From positions 1 to 64,000 of IMG/VR virus record IMGVR_UViG_3300033149_003115: a DNA stretch of 64,000 nucleotides; one strand, given 5' to 3'. The DNA comes from a virus. Of this stretch, positions 22,443-31,541 are shown piece by piece (position 1 is the stretch's first letter; the number at the start of each line of letters is the position of its first letter). The notes beneath the pieces were generated by a model. The model did not search any database and had not been told where the DNA came from. It saw nothing but the letters and a program-made list of their open reading frames with translations. The translations under genes and the position numbers were made by a program.

Positions 22443-23718
22443 CATGACTGGAATGAGTGTAGAAGACAAGATAATCAAAGCTAGAGTCCAAATGATATCC
22501 AAAGCTCCATTCTATGGTACTCTGGTGATGAACCTTAACTTTAAAGAAGCAGATCCCAGAGAGATACCCACATGTGCGGTTACCCCTTATGGAACTGTAT
22601 ATTACAACAGAGAGTACATAGAGAACCTGACCCTGGAAGAGCTAAAAGGTGTACTAGTTCATGAGGTGCTTCATGTAGCTTTGCTACATCTGGAAAGAAG
22701 AGGAACCAGAAACATCATCAAAGCCAACATGGCTATGGATTATGCAGTTAACCTCATAGTAGAAGAGGACTTCTCCTTACCTAAGGGAGTATTGCTAGAT
22801 CACAAGTATCAGAACATGGCATGGGAGCAGATATATGATCAGCTACCAGATCCTGAGCTTTGTGATGGAGACTGTAGCAAGTGTCCTCTAGCCAAGGGTA
22901 TGGGTATCCCAGGGAGAGGGTTTGGTAACAAGGCATGTAGGAGATTTGGTAGCTTTGACAAACATATAACCAGAGATGAGCTAGAAAGAGCCAAGGAAGC
23001 TGCTAAGTCAGGTGCATCAAGTGATGATCTAAAGAAGCTAGGAATACCCAAGGAGATCCTGGATGAGGACACCTCCAAGTCTCCTAATTGGAGAAAGATA
23101 ATGTCTGATGCTTATAACTATGCCAAGAACGCAGGCAACCTACCAGCTGGGTTAGAAAGACTAGTGGATGAGTTCTCTCAACCTCAGATATCCTGGAAGG
23201 AGCTACTATCACAGTATGTTAGCAGATCTATTCCCTATAACTTCACCTATCGTAGATGCTCCAGGAAGTCTATAGTGTCAGGACACTACTTCCCATCTCT
23301 CTTGAAGGAGATGATAGAGGTGATGATATGTGTAGACACATCAGGCTCAATAAATGAGGATGATCTAAGGGAGTTCATGGGAGAGATACTAGGACTACTA
23401 AGAAGCTTTGAGAGAGTGGAAATAACATTGATGTCATGTGATACCCAGCTATACCAGGTCAACAAGGTGTCTAATGAATATGATCTAAGAGCATCCAAGC
23501 TAGTGGGTGGAGGAGGTACATCATTCAGACCTGTGTTCAAATACCTGAGAGAGGAAAAGAAGGACACCAAGATCCTAGTCTATTTCACTGATTGTTATGG
23601 GGACTTCCCTGATCCAGATGAGGTTCCATCTGGGTTAACAGTAATATGGGTGGTTACCAGAGATGGAAACCCTGAAGCTATACCAGAATACTTCCCATAT
23701 GTGGTTCAGCTTAAATGA
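22432..23718 (+). CDS. DUF2201-type metallopeptidase plus VWA domain protein
   Basis: LVHEVLH, N.AMDYAVN, MIDAS DTSGS, GGGGTSF, YFTD; usual partner of the upstream MoxR ATPase. Confidence 0.85.
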   Translation: MMTSMTGMSVEDKIIKARVQMISKAPFYGTLVMNLNFKEADPREIPTCAVTPYGTVYYNREYIENLTLEELKGVLVHEVLHVALLHLERRGTRNIIKANMAMDYAVNLIVEEDFSLPKGVLLDHKYQNMAWEQIYDQLPDPELCDGDCSKCPLAKGMGIPGRGFGNKACRRFGSFDKHITRDELERAKEAAKSGASSDDLKKLGIPKEILDEDTSKSPNWRKIMSDAYNYAKNAGNLPAGLERLVDEFSQPQISWKELLSQYVSRSIPYNFTYRRCSRKSIVSGHYFPSLLKEMIEVMICVDTSGSINEDDLREFMGEILGLLRSFERVEITLMSCDTQLYQVNKVSNEYDLRASKLVGGGGTSFRPVFKYLREEKKDTKILVYFTDCYGDFPDPDEVPSGLTVIWVVTRDGNPEAIPEYFPYVVQLK

Positions 23719-24446
23719 GGTCTGGTAAAGACATCAATAAACCTATTTACTGTAGATCCATTTGTCCTGTGACTAGCTCTCATATATGTTGTGGATTCTG
23801 TAGTAAGCTACCAGAGTGTTCTCATTCCTGTTCTAGAGCCGATAATGAAACAGCTGAGGAGCTGATGACTTGTCCAGACTTAGTAACACTAAAGGATCTA
23901 GTATTAGAGAATCTGTAGATGATGTATTATATTGTAAATTTAGATGTGAGAATAAAGAACATAACATGGGTTACATATGTTGCTTCTATTGTAAATATAA
24001 GACAGACTGTGACAGTCTATGCCCAGAAATATCATATGATCAGGAGTTTGAGTGTCCTCTTCTAAGATCAGAAGCTGACCTCCTTCTGGAGGTTCTCTGA
24101 TGTCCAAGATCTATTGTAAGTACTTATGTCATGAGAGAAATGATCACTTATGTTGCTATTATTGTGAAATGTTTGATGAGTGCATGTCACAAGAGAAATG
24201 TGACATCTATTCTGGGGAAGACAAGGACTTCAGGACCTGTGAGGATCTAATAACCTTAAAAGAGCTATTGATAGAGACATTGTGATGTCTAAGAAGATCT
24301 ATTGTAAAGAATGCTATAAAGGCTTGAGGTATTGTTGTTATTTCTGTCCTAGAAGGACTAAATGTGATAGTGAGACCTGTCTTTTAAATTACAAAGTATG
24401 TCCTTATAGAATCTCAGAGGGGGATGTATTGCTCAAGGAGTTATAG
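23715..24446 (+). other. four tandem Cys-rich family B genes (23715-23918, 23870-24100, 24100-24285, 24285-24446)
   Basis: [I/L]YC..C...CCxxC...C...C...C; tails VLENL, LLEVL, LIETL, LLKEL; last gene (53 aa) translated by hand. Confidence 0.75.
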
Positions 24447-24460
24447 TCAAAGGTGGTATT

Positions 24461-25201
24461 ATGAGTAGAGAGAAGCTACTAGTAGAGTTTGATGTTGAGA
24501 AGACCATAAGCAGGAAATATGGGTACCAGGAGAAGCTATTGACCTACAGGGGTAGTGATACCAGGTACAAGGCTATCATCAAGGATGGTACATTGTGTGC
24601 TATTCTGGGTAGATACTACAAGCTAATACCGAATGAGGAAGTTCTAAAAATAGCTCAGGAGATATCCATAGCCAGGAACTTAGATCTAATGTTCTTTTCC
24701 TATGGATGGAGGCTTTACTGTATCTTGACAGATGGCTCTTTAGGAGTAATGGTCTCCAACAGTGTTGATGGGACCATAGCCTTAAGATGTGATGCCGTAC
24801 TTCAGCTTAAGAGGGGAATAGCTATCCTAGCTGGTACCAAGGTATCCAACATTTATCGTAGGCATAGCAAGACCCTAAGCATAGAGGATCTAGACCAAGA
24901 GATAGCTGAAATCTACAATGTCTCTAAAAGATACAAGCAATGGCTGGAGAAGCTAGATGACTATAGCTACGTGGATTATTATGACACCTTACATGAGCTT
25001 TTAACAAGAAACCTACCTAAGGTCTACACTGATGGGCTACTACACAGATACTACATTGGTAAGCCTTTCACTATCAAGGAGATATACGAGAGGATAGCTA
25101 ATCGAATATGGAGCAGAGACACTGATATCAGAACCAAGATAACCTTATATAAGAAGCTAAATGACGTGATTATGACCCTAGGAGTGGTGGATGTGTTATG
25201 A
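24461..25201 (+). CDS. DUF932-like phage/plasmid protein
   Basis: ILGRYYKLIPNEEV and VSNSVDGT motifs. Confidence 0.55.
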   Translation: MSREKLLVEFDVEKTISRKYGYQEKLLTYRGSDTRYKAIIKDGTLCAILGRYYKLIPNEEVLKIAQEISIARNLDLMFFSYGWRLYCILTDGSLGVMVSNSVDGTIALRCDAVLQLKRGIAILAGTKVSNIYRRHSKTLSIEDLDQEIAEIYNVSKRYKQWLEKLDDYSYVDYYDTLHELLTRNLPKVYTDGLLHRYYIGKPFTIKEIYERIANRIWSRDTDIRTKITLYKKLNDVIMTLGVVDVL

Positions 25202-25405
25202 TGAACACTATCTCAGTGTATGGTAAGCTAGAATATGTCTCCATGGATTGTGATGGTAACATAGTCCTGGGAATATCTAAGAAGACCAAGAGGGATCTAG
25301 CTCTTAAGATGCTAAAAGAGCTAGAGAATAAAGAGATCTACATAGAGTGCTCTGAAGGGAGATGGGCTCTTACAGATCAATAGTGGTAATCTGGGGTAAA
25401 AGAAA

Positions 25406-26050
25406 GTGAAGAACCTTTACTGGCTAGTTCAGGGAGACGCTTGTAAGATCTTACCCAAGCTGAAAGACCAGAGTATCGATCTAATAATCACAGATCCACC
25501 TTATACAAAGGAAGGAATCTGCTTATATGAGCCTCTAGCCAGAGAAGGGAAAAGGCTCCTCAAGAATGGACGATACCTGTTTGCTTATTGTGGAGCTCAG
25601 TTCTTACCAGATGTCCTTGAGCTAATGACTCCACACCTAGACTGGTTCTGGTTATACGAGATCTTGCATAGAGGAGGTAACCCCAGAGTGTGGTACAAGA
25701 AGCTAATGATTAGATCAAAGCCTGTCCTTGCTTTCACTAATGGTAAACCCTACAGGACAGAATGGATGTGTAATGTCCATGAGTCAGAAAGAAAGGATAA
25801 GAGATACCACAAGTGGGGTCAACATGAAGGATTTGTAAAGAAGATCATAGAACTGCTAACCGATGAAGGTGATACTGTGCTTGATCCATTTCTTGGTGGT
25901 GGTACCACTATGAAGGTTTGTCAAGATCTGAGCAGGTCTTGTATTGGGATCGAAATAGATCCTAAGTACTGTATGATTGTCAAAGAGAGATGTTTTGGTA
26001 GACAGTTCCTGGATCATGAGGTAGAATACAAGTTTGAAGTTGATGAGTAG
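25406..26050 (+). CDS. beta-class DNA amino-methyltransferase
   Basis: catalytic IITDPPY before SAM-binding VLDPFLGGGTT, CIGIEI. Confidence 0.9.
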   Translation: MKNLYWLVQGDACKILPKLKDQSIDLIITDPPYTKEGICLYEPLAREGKRLLKNGRYLFAYCGAQFLPDVLELMTPHLDWFWLYEILHRGGNPRVWYKKLMIRSKPVLAFTNGKPYRTEWMCNVHESERKDKRYHKWGQHEGFVKKIIELLTDEGDTVLDPFLGGGTTMKVCQDLSRSCIGIEIDPKYCMIVKERCFGRQFLDHEVEYKFEVDE

Positions 26051-26498
26051 AATGAAGATTTGTATGATATCTCCTAAGCGATATGGTAATGTCTACAGTG
26101 TTCTAAGATTAGCTGATGGTGTTGGAGCAGAAGAGTTCATCATTGTGTCTCCAAGAGTTTCAATCAGATCGAAGATGGAACGTAAGATGTTCTCTAACAA
26201 AGAGCCATGGAATATCATCAATATCCTGGATTCTGTTGATGATTTTATAGATTATACCAACAATGAGTACCTAGTGTCCATGGAGCTACATCCCAGAGCA
26301 CATAACATCTCATCCTTTCAATGGAAGACAGATCCAACTATAGTAGTAGGTCCAGAGGATGGCAATATACCAGATGAGATCATATCTATCTCAGATGATA
26401 TAATAGAGCTACCCATGAGGAACAAGGTCAGATGTCTCAATGTAGCCTGTGCAGCTACACTGGCTGTGTGGGATTACTTGGTAAAGAGACAATACTAA
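26051..26498 (+). CDS. SpoU/TrmH-family (SPOUT) RNA methyltransferase
   Basis: GNVYSVLRLADGVG, VVGPEDG, LPM...CLNVACA. Confidence 0.8.
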
Positions 26499-26522
26499 GA
26501 ATACTAAGGATGGGAGAAATAG

Positions 26523-26783
26523 ATGGGTGAAGGAGAGATAGTAGTTTCAGTCTATTGTGGAGAATGTAGGAGTAAGATATCACCTGAGGACATCGTGTGT
26601 AGGGAATGTTATAATAATCTGTATAATGAAATTTCTGAGCTCTCATTGACAATAGAGTCCTTAAATGATGAGATAGAAGCCTTGACTAAGGAACTAAATT
26701 ATAAGCATAGATTACTTGAGGTTATCTTAAATGATCCAGAGTATCAAAGACTTAAGAGAAGGATAATAGCTGATGAGATTTAG
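26523..26783 (+). CDS. zinc finger plus coiled-coil protein
   Basis: CGEC...CRECYNNL; tail IADEI. Confidence 0.6.
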   Translation: MGEGEIVVSVYCGECRSKISPEDIVCRECYNNLYNEISELSLTIESLNDEIEALTKELNYKHRLLEVILNDPEYQRLKRRIIADEI

Positions 26784-26949
26784 AAGATCAATTAATGTAA
26801 GAGTTATTTGTTGGATATCCTCCCACTATCCCTTATCTAAAGAAAAGAAGAGGTATATGAGTTGGTTGAACATCCTGAGATCAAGGAACAAGGGATTGAT
26901 TCAGAGCTAGAATTTGTATCCTTTAGAAAGATAATAGAGGTGGTTTAAA

Positions 26950-27216
26950 TTGACTGATGAAGGAACAGCAGTATTGATTGGCTTGGTAGCTATTGGAGGT
27001 ATTCTTCTGCTATCCATAGCCTCAACTGCATTAGGAGCTTTTGTTGGATGGCTGGTAGGACTTACACCACTGGGACAAGGTGTGATGAGAGTCTGGACTG
27101 GTCTCACTGGAGTAAAATGTGAGATGTGGGAACTTGGATCGTTTCTGGGGTTCATCAGTGGGTTCTTCCAGAGCATCATAAATTCTATAGCTAAGAGCTT
27201 CAACAACAGTCACTAA
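26950..27216 (+). CDS. small Gly-rich membrane protein
   Basis: hydrophobic helices; GAGGTGG RBS. Confidence 0.6.
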   Translation: MTDEGTAVLIGLVAIGGILLLSIASTALGAFVGWLVGLTPLGQGVMRVWTGLTGVKCEMWELGSFLGFISGFFQSIINSIAKSFNNSH

Positions 27217-27233
27217 GCTACTGGTGATCTAGA

Positions 27234-27560
27234 ATGAAGAAGACATGGCATGAGATAGTGAAGTTCAATGACATCTATTATCCATACTGGAGATTTAGAA
27301 AGGGACCTATGTTCTTTGCTGTAGCTCTAGCTGGTGAGACAGGGGAGCTCTGTAATAAGCTAAAGAAGCTATTTGGTGGTGGCACTAACCTAGAGACAGT
27401 TACTACTGAGGACATAGGGGAAGAGGCATTTGATGTTATAGTATATCTTGTTCTACTGCTAGAATCAATAGGGATCTCAGCAGATGAGTTCCATGAGATA
27501 GCTAGTAAAAAGCTCAAAGTCCTCTATGACAGAATGACATCTAACAGAGGTGATCCTTAG
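27234..27560 (+). CDS. MazG-like nucleotide pyrophosphohydrolase
   Basis: ALAGETGELCNKLKK...IGEEAFDVIVY. Confidence 0.8.
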   Translation: MKKTWHEIVKFNDIYYPYWRFRKGPMFFAVALAGETGELCNKLKKLFGGGTNLETVTTEDIGEEAFDVIVYLVLLLESIGISADEFHEIASKKLKVLYDRMTSNRGDP

Positions 27561-27661
27561 TTGATTGGCTATGAGAGTAAGGGTTATCAAGATATGAAGA
27601 GTATGAGGGGAAAGTGATTGAACATGGATACTTATCTTAAATCAATGTTAGAGGCTGAGGA

Positions 27662-28273
27662 GTGTTGAAGAACCCTGTAACAGATTTTAGTACTTTAGAC
27701 AAGCAGAGGCGATACTGGGAGAGTGCTGATCCAAGCTTAGTTGGACCTCTAGATGCATCAAGGCTTGGAGGATGGATAAGAGAGCTGCATCCTGAGGATT
27801 TGTCTGGTAGGATACTAGATCATGGATGTGGAGTAGGGAGAGTCTATGAGGCTATTGCTAAGCCCAGTAGCTACATAGGGGTAGATATTAATGAGAAATA
27901 TCTAGAGATATTCAGATCCAAACATCCAGAAGCTATAATCATGAAGCTAAGCTCATGGGAGCTACCATTTCTACCAGAGTATTTTGATCATATCATTTCA
28001 TACTCAGTGTTTACACACTTTGATGTACATCAGATGGCATTTATGCTAGGAGAGTTCAACAGAGTGCTCAAGGTTAATGGTGAGGTACTCTTAACAATAT
28101 TTAGAGAAGAAGAGGTGAAGACACCAATTGGGAACTGGACAACAGTCAGTAGGGATCTATTTGGTTGTCTACTTAACACCCTAGGGTTTGAAGTTGTGAA
28201 TGAGGTCTTGATACCAGAAAGTGGTTATCACCAGGATTTCATCTTAGCTAAGAAGCAGGATGATGTTGTATGA
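27662..28273 (+). CDS. class I SAM-dependent methyltransferase
   Basis: ILDHGCGVG, YIGVDIN, FDHIISYSVFTH, RVLKVNG. Confidence 0.85.
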   Translation: MLKNPVTDFSTLDKQRRYWESADPSLVGPLDASRLGGWIRELHPEDLSGRILDHGCGVGRVYEAIAKPSSYIGVDINEKYLEIFRSKHPEAIIMKLSSWELPFLPEYFDHIISYSVFTHFDVHQMAFMLGEFNRVLKVNGEVLLTIFREEEVKTPIGNWTTVSRDLFGCLLNTLGFEVVNEVLIPESGYHQDFILAKKQDDVV

Positions 28274-28641
28274 GAATCTACATAGCAGGTCCATATAGTC
28301 CAGTTAGAGCAAAGGACAAACATGAGGCAGTTCAGGTAGCTGCTAAGAATGTCCATAGAGCCATAGAAGCTGGAATAGTACTGATAGAGAAGGGACACCA
28401 CCCATTCGTACCACATCTAACACACTATATTCATGTTCATCCATCATGTCCTAGAGACTATGGGAAATGGTGGTATGAGTATGACATGACATTTCTGGAG
28501 CTATGGGCTGAAGCTCTTCTCTATCTTGCTCCAAGCAGAGGAGCAGATAAGGAACTAGAGAGAGCTAAGGAACTTGGATTGAGGATCTTCTACTCTATAG
28601 ATGAAGTACCAGACATTTCCAATAGAGCTCCATCAGAGTGA
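28270..28641 (+). CDS. DUF1937/DUF4406-like protein (nucleoside deoxyribosyltransferase-like fold)
   Basis: RIYIAGPY, PFVPH, SRGADKELERAKELG. Confidence 0.7.
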   Translation: MRIYIAGPYSPVRAKDKHEAVQVAAKNVHRAIEAGIVLIEKGHHPFVPHLTHYIHVHPSCPRDYGKWWYEYDMTFLELWAEALLYLAPSRGADKELERAKELGLRIFYSIDEVPDISNRAPSE

Positions 28642-29426
28642 GGAACTTGAATCTATTCTACCACCTAATACAGGGAGACTGCTTAGAAGCTCTCTCAAAG
28701 ATCGATGATAACTCTATAAATCTGGTAGTTACTAGTCCACCATACAACGTAGGTGTAGACTATGGTGTTTACAAGGATAATCTAGACTGGGATGAGTACT
28801 ACAAGTGGTGTGAGAGATGGATGAGAGAGATCTACAGGGTCCTTAAGCCAGATGGAAGAGCCTGCCTAGATCACTACATCAGCTTTGGCTCTAGTAAAGC
28901 AAGATCAAGTCCAGCTCTAGATCTTCACTGTCTATCTAAGAAAATAGGCTTTAAACACCATGCATTGGTGATATGGGAAGAGAGAACTAGAAGTAAATAC
29001 ACAGCTTGGGGTAGCTGGTTAAGTGCATCTGCTCCATGTATCAACTCTCCCTATGAGGCTATTCTTATCCTCTATAAGGATCAATGGAAAAGGATCAATA
29101 AAGGCAAGAGCACAATAGCTAAGGAGGAGTTTCTTGAGGGAGTTTCTGGGATATGGAGACTAGGAACAGATAAGATACGCTTGACTCCAGCTACCTTCCC
29201 AGAGTCACTACCCAGGAGATGTATTAACCTATTTACGTTTGAAGGTGATGTAGTCTTAGATCCATTTATGGGATCTGGAACAACAATGAAAGCTGCTCAG
29301 GACCTTAAGCGGAGCTGTATTGGTATAGAGATAAACCCAGACTATTGTGAGACTATAAAGAAACGATGTTTTGGTAGGATGTTTCTAGACTGTGATGTTG
29401 AATATAGATTTGAGATCATTGAATGA
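28638..29426 (+). CDS. beta-class DNA methyltransferase (SPPY, likely N4-cytosine)
   Basis: VVTSPPYN, PATFP, VLDPFMGSGTT. Confidence 0.9.
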   Translation: MRNLNLFYHLIQGDCLEALSKIDDNSINLVVTSPPYNVGVDYGVYKDNLDWDEYYKWCERWMREIYRVLKPDGRACLDHYISFGSSKARSSPALDLHCLSKKIGFKHHALVIWEERTRSKYTAWGSWLSASAPCINSPYEAILILYKDQWKRINKGKSTIAKEEFLEGVSGIWRLGTDKIRLTPATFPESLPRRCINLFTFEGDVVLDPFMGSGTTMKAAQDLKRSCIGIEINPDYCETIKKRCFGRMFLDCDVEYRFEIIE

Positions 29427-29438
29427 GGAGGTGTGTGT

Positions 29439-29696
29439 ATGAGAGAGATAAGAGTAAGTGACTCTAGGAAGATTGTAGTACAGAAGACCAGGTTTAGGAA
29501 TAGAGAAGTACTTGATGTTAGGACATACATAGAAACTCCTAAGTACACTGGGTTTACCAGGAAGGGAATAAACATCCCAATAGAGTATGCTAAGGATCTT
29601 TCTCAAGCCATACTTGAGGAGATAGCAAAGCAGGATACCATTGATCCTTCCAAGAGCCTGAAACACTTAGATACTAATTTGTCCAGGGAACTGTAG
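29439..29696 (+). CDS. PC4/PdbC-like ssDNA-binding protein
   Basis: FRNREVLDVRTY...FTRKGINIP. Confidence 0.75.
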   Translation: MREIRVSDSRKIVVQKTRFRNREVLDVRTYIETPKYTGFTRKGINIPIEYAKDLSQAILEEIAKQDTIDPSKSLKHLDTNLSREL

Positions 29697-29727
29697 GATT
29701 TACAAAGCTAAAGTGGAGGTGATAATT

Positions 29728-30621
29728 ATGAATGACTTTAAAATTGTTTTATTAGGACACTTAGGAGTGGGATCTATATTCGGAATGATCACCAGAGGAA
29801 ATGAACAGAATAGATTTCAAAGATGGCTGAGGAACGAAGCATGGGAAAAAGCTAAGACAGCTGTTGGGGTTCCAGGGACCTACCCTGATATCCTAGTTAT
29901 AGGTGGAGAAGTAGGAGAGGGACAGAACAGGCTCGATTTCTGTGAGGATATCTGGTTACCAGACTATGAAAAGCAATCCATGATGGGAGCTGAGCTCATA
30001 AGTGAGTGGATAGGTGAGAACACTAAAGAGGTTCTAATTCTCTATGCTCATAGATATCATGGGATGAAAGAGATCAGGTTTGAGGATTTGCTAGCTAAGG
30101 ATCTAAAGATACTTCATCCCAACAAGAAGATACTGGTAGGAACTCAGTTTATCAGATCATACTTTGGTAAGACACTGAGGTTCAGACATGGTACATCTGG
30201 AGCTTTTGTATACTTATCAAGTGCTAATGAGAGACAGATCAAGTTCAACCTGATAGAGTATAGCTTAGGTAAAACACCAAAGTATGACTTCAGCTATGAG
30301 TTCCATAATCACAGAGCAGCTGGAGCCATGTTTGAGACCATTGGATCTATGTGGTGTCCATGTTTCAAGCTAATAGACAGATATGCAGAACTTAGACACC
30401 CCGATGCATGGTTACCAGACATAGGTCTACTAGCTATCACATTCCAGGTTAGGTTTGGTGATGTGAGAGTAAACAATGATCCTATCCTGTTTTATCCTCC
30501 CTTCAGGTTTGAGGATCTGGAGACTGCTATTAGAGACTTTAACAAGGTGTTAGAGGAGAAGAGAAAGGAAACGTATAAGAGACAGCTGGAGCTCCTGAAG
30601 AAGGATACATCATGTTCATAG
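29728..30621 (+). CDS. divergent calcineurin-like phosphoesterase with altered metal-binding motifs
   Basis: IVLLGHLGVG, VIGGEVGEG, RFRHG, FHNH at the positions of the DxH, GDxxD, H and GHxH motifs. Confidence 0.5.
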   Translation: MNDFKIVLLGHLGVGSIFGMITRGNEQNRFQRWLRNEAWEKAKTAVGVPGTYPDILVIGGEVGEGQNRLDFCEDIWLPDYEKQSMMGAELISEWIGENTKEVLILYAHRYHGMKEIRFEDLLAKDLKILHPNKKILVGTQFIRSYFGKTLRFRHGTSGAFVYLSSANERQIKFNLIEYSLGKTPKYDFSYEFHNHRAAGAMFETIGSMWCPCFKLIDRYAELRHPDAWLPDIGLLAITFQVRFGDVRVNNDPILFYPPFRFEDLETAIRDFNKVLEEKRKETYKRQLELLKKDTSCS

Positions 30622-30691
30622 GATAAGCTATGATATGATCCGATGAGATCTGCTTGGTTGTGCTTAGCCAGGTTATGCTAATCTTAGATAA
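30609..30691 (+). ncRNA. pentamer-repeat unit 1 (candidate guide RNA): ATCATGTTCAT leader plus 14 GHT-NN pentamers
   Basis: 12/14 pentamers from 30622 begin G[ACT]T. Confidence 0.75.
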
Positions 30692-30703
30692 CTAGAATAA
30701 TAT

Positions 30704-30776
30704 ATCATGTTCATGGGCTTTGATATGTTAAGCTGGGTTAAGCTCGGTTGTGCTTAGTTGAGCTGAGATAAGTTAA
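30704..30776 (+). ncRNA. pentamer-repeat unit 2 (candidate guide RNA): ATCATGTTCAT leader plus 12 GHT-NN pentamers
   Basis: 12/12 pentamers from 30717 begin G[ACT]T. Confidence 0.75.
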
Positions 30777-30803
30777 ATAGGCTAAATTGTAATTAACGTT
30801 ACA

Positions 30804-30905
30804 TTCATAAGCTCTGATTTGATAAGATATGATGGGTTAGGCTGTGATTAGTTTGGCTTAGCTACGTTGGGTTCGGTTAAGCTAGGATAAGATGTTCTTA
30901 GACAT
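30804..30905 (+). ncRNA. pentamer-repeat unit 3 (candidate guide RNA): TTCAT leader plus 19 pentamers
   Basis: 17 consecutive G[ACT]T-NN from 30811, then TCT-TA GAC-AT. Confidence 0.75.
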
Positions 30906-30936
30906 AATTTGAGCTATGATAATTGGAGGTGATATT

Positions 30937-31506
30937 ATGGAGTCAGATTTGATATACCAAATAAGATGTAGAATAATAGGACTAAGACCATATCTACAAC
31001 ATAGAAGACCCATAGACAAGAAAGAGAATAAAGAGCTAAGTAACTTGATTAAAATACTACAGAAAGATGCTACTGATGAGAAAGCATATACTAAGGAAGC
31101 TGAGTACTATGTCTACAAGAACGACAATGGATACTATATTCCATCCATACACATCAAGAGTGCTATGATCAAAGCTTCTACTAACTTTAAGGTAGGAGGG
31201 AAAGGTAACAAGACATACAAGGATTTCGTTAAAGGATTCGTAGTAATAGATCCAAAAGAGATACCAATAAATCCTCAAAAATACACTCTAGATAGAAGAT
31301 GGGAAAGAGTACAACAAGCTAGGATCATGAGAACTAGACCTAGATTTGATGATTGGTCAGCTGAGTTTAATCTAATTAGCTTAGATGAGACAGTATTACC
31401 AATGAAAGACCTAAAGAAAATCATAGTGTATGCAGGAAAGTATATCGGTATTGGAGATAGAAGACCAGAGTTTGGTAGGTTTAAAGTAGAGTTTCTAGAT
31501 GACTAA
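30937..31506 (+). CDS. stand-alone RAMP (Cas7/Csm3-like) protein; candidate Vipr-type RNA-guided effector
   Basis: N-terminal IxCRIIGLRPY strand, YYIPSIHIKSAM (RAMP YIPxSSxKG-like), RPRFDDWSAEF, Gly-rich loop AGKYIGIGDRRPEFGRFKV; RBS GGAGGTG at 30925. Confidence 0.8.
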   Translation: MESDLIYQIRCRIIGLRPYLQHRRPIDKKENKELSNLIKILQKDATDEKAYTKEAEYYVYKNDNGYYIPSIHIKSAMIKASTNFKVGGKGNKTYKDFVKGFVVIDPKEIPINPQKYTLDRRWERVQQARIMRTRPRFDDWSAEFNLISLDETVLPMKDLKKIIVYAGKYIGIGDRRPEFGRFKVEFLDD

Positions 31507-31541
31507 CGAGACTAGGGTCTTACTACTAGGAAGTAAAACAA

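Noticed and set aside
30609-30905. Classical CRISPR array or simple microsatellite
   Set aside because: No 25-40-nt identical repeats with contiguous spacers, and the pentamers vary at three of five positions without copy-to-copy identity.
30916-30936. ORF-track start of the RAMP gene at 30916
   Set aside because: GGAGGTG at 30925-30931 points to ATG 30937.
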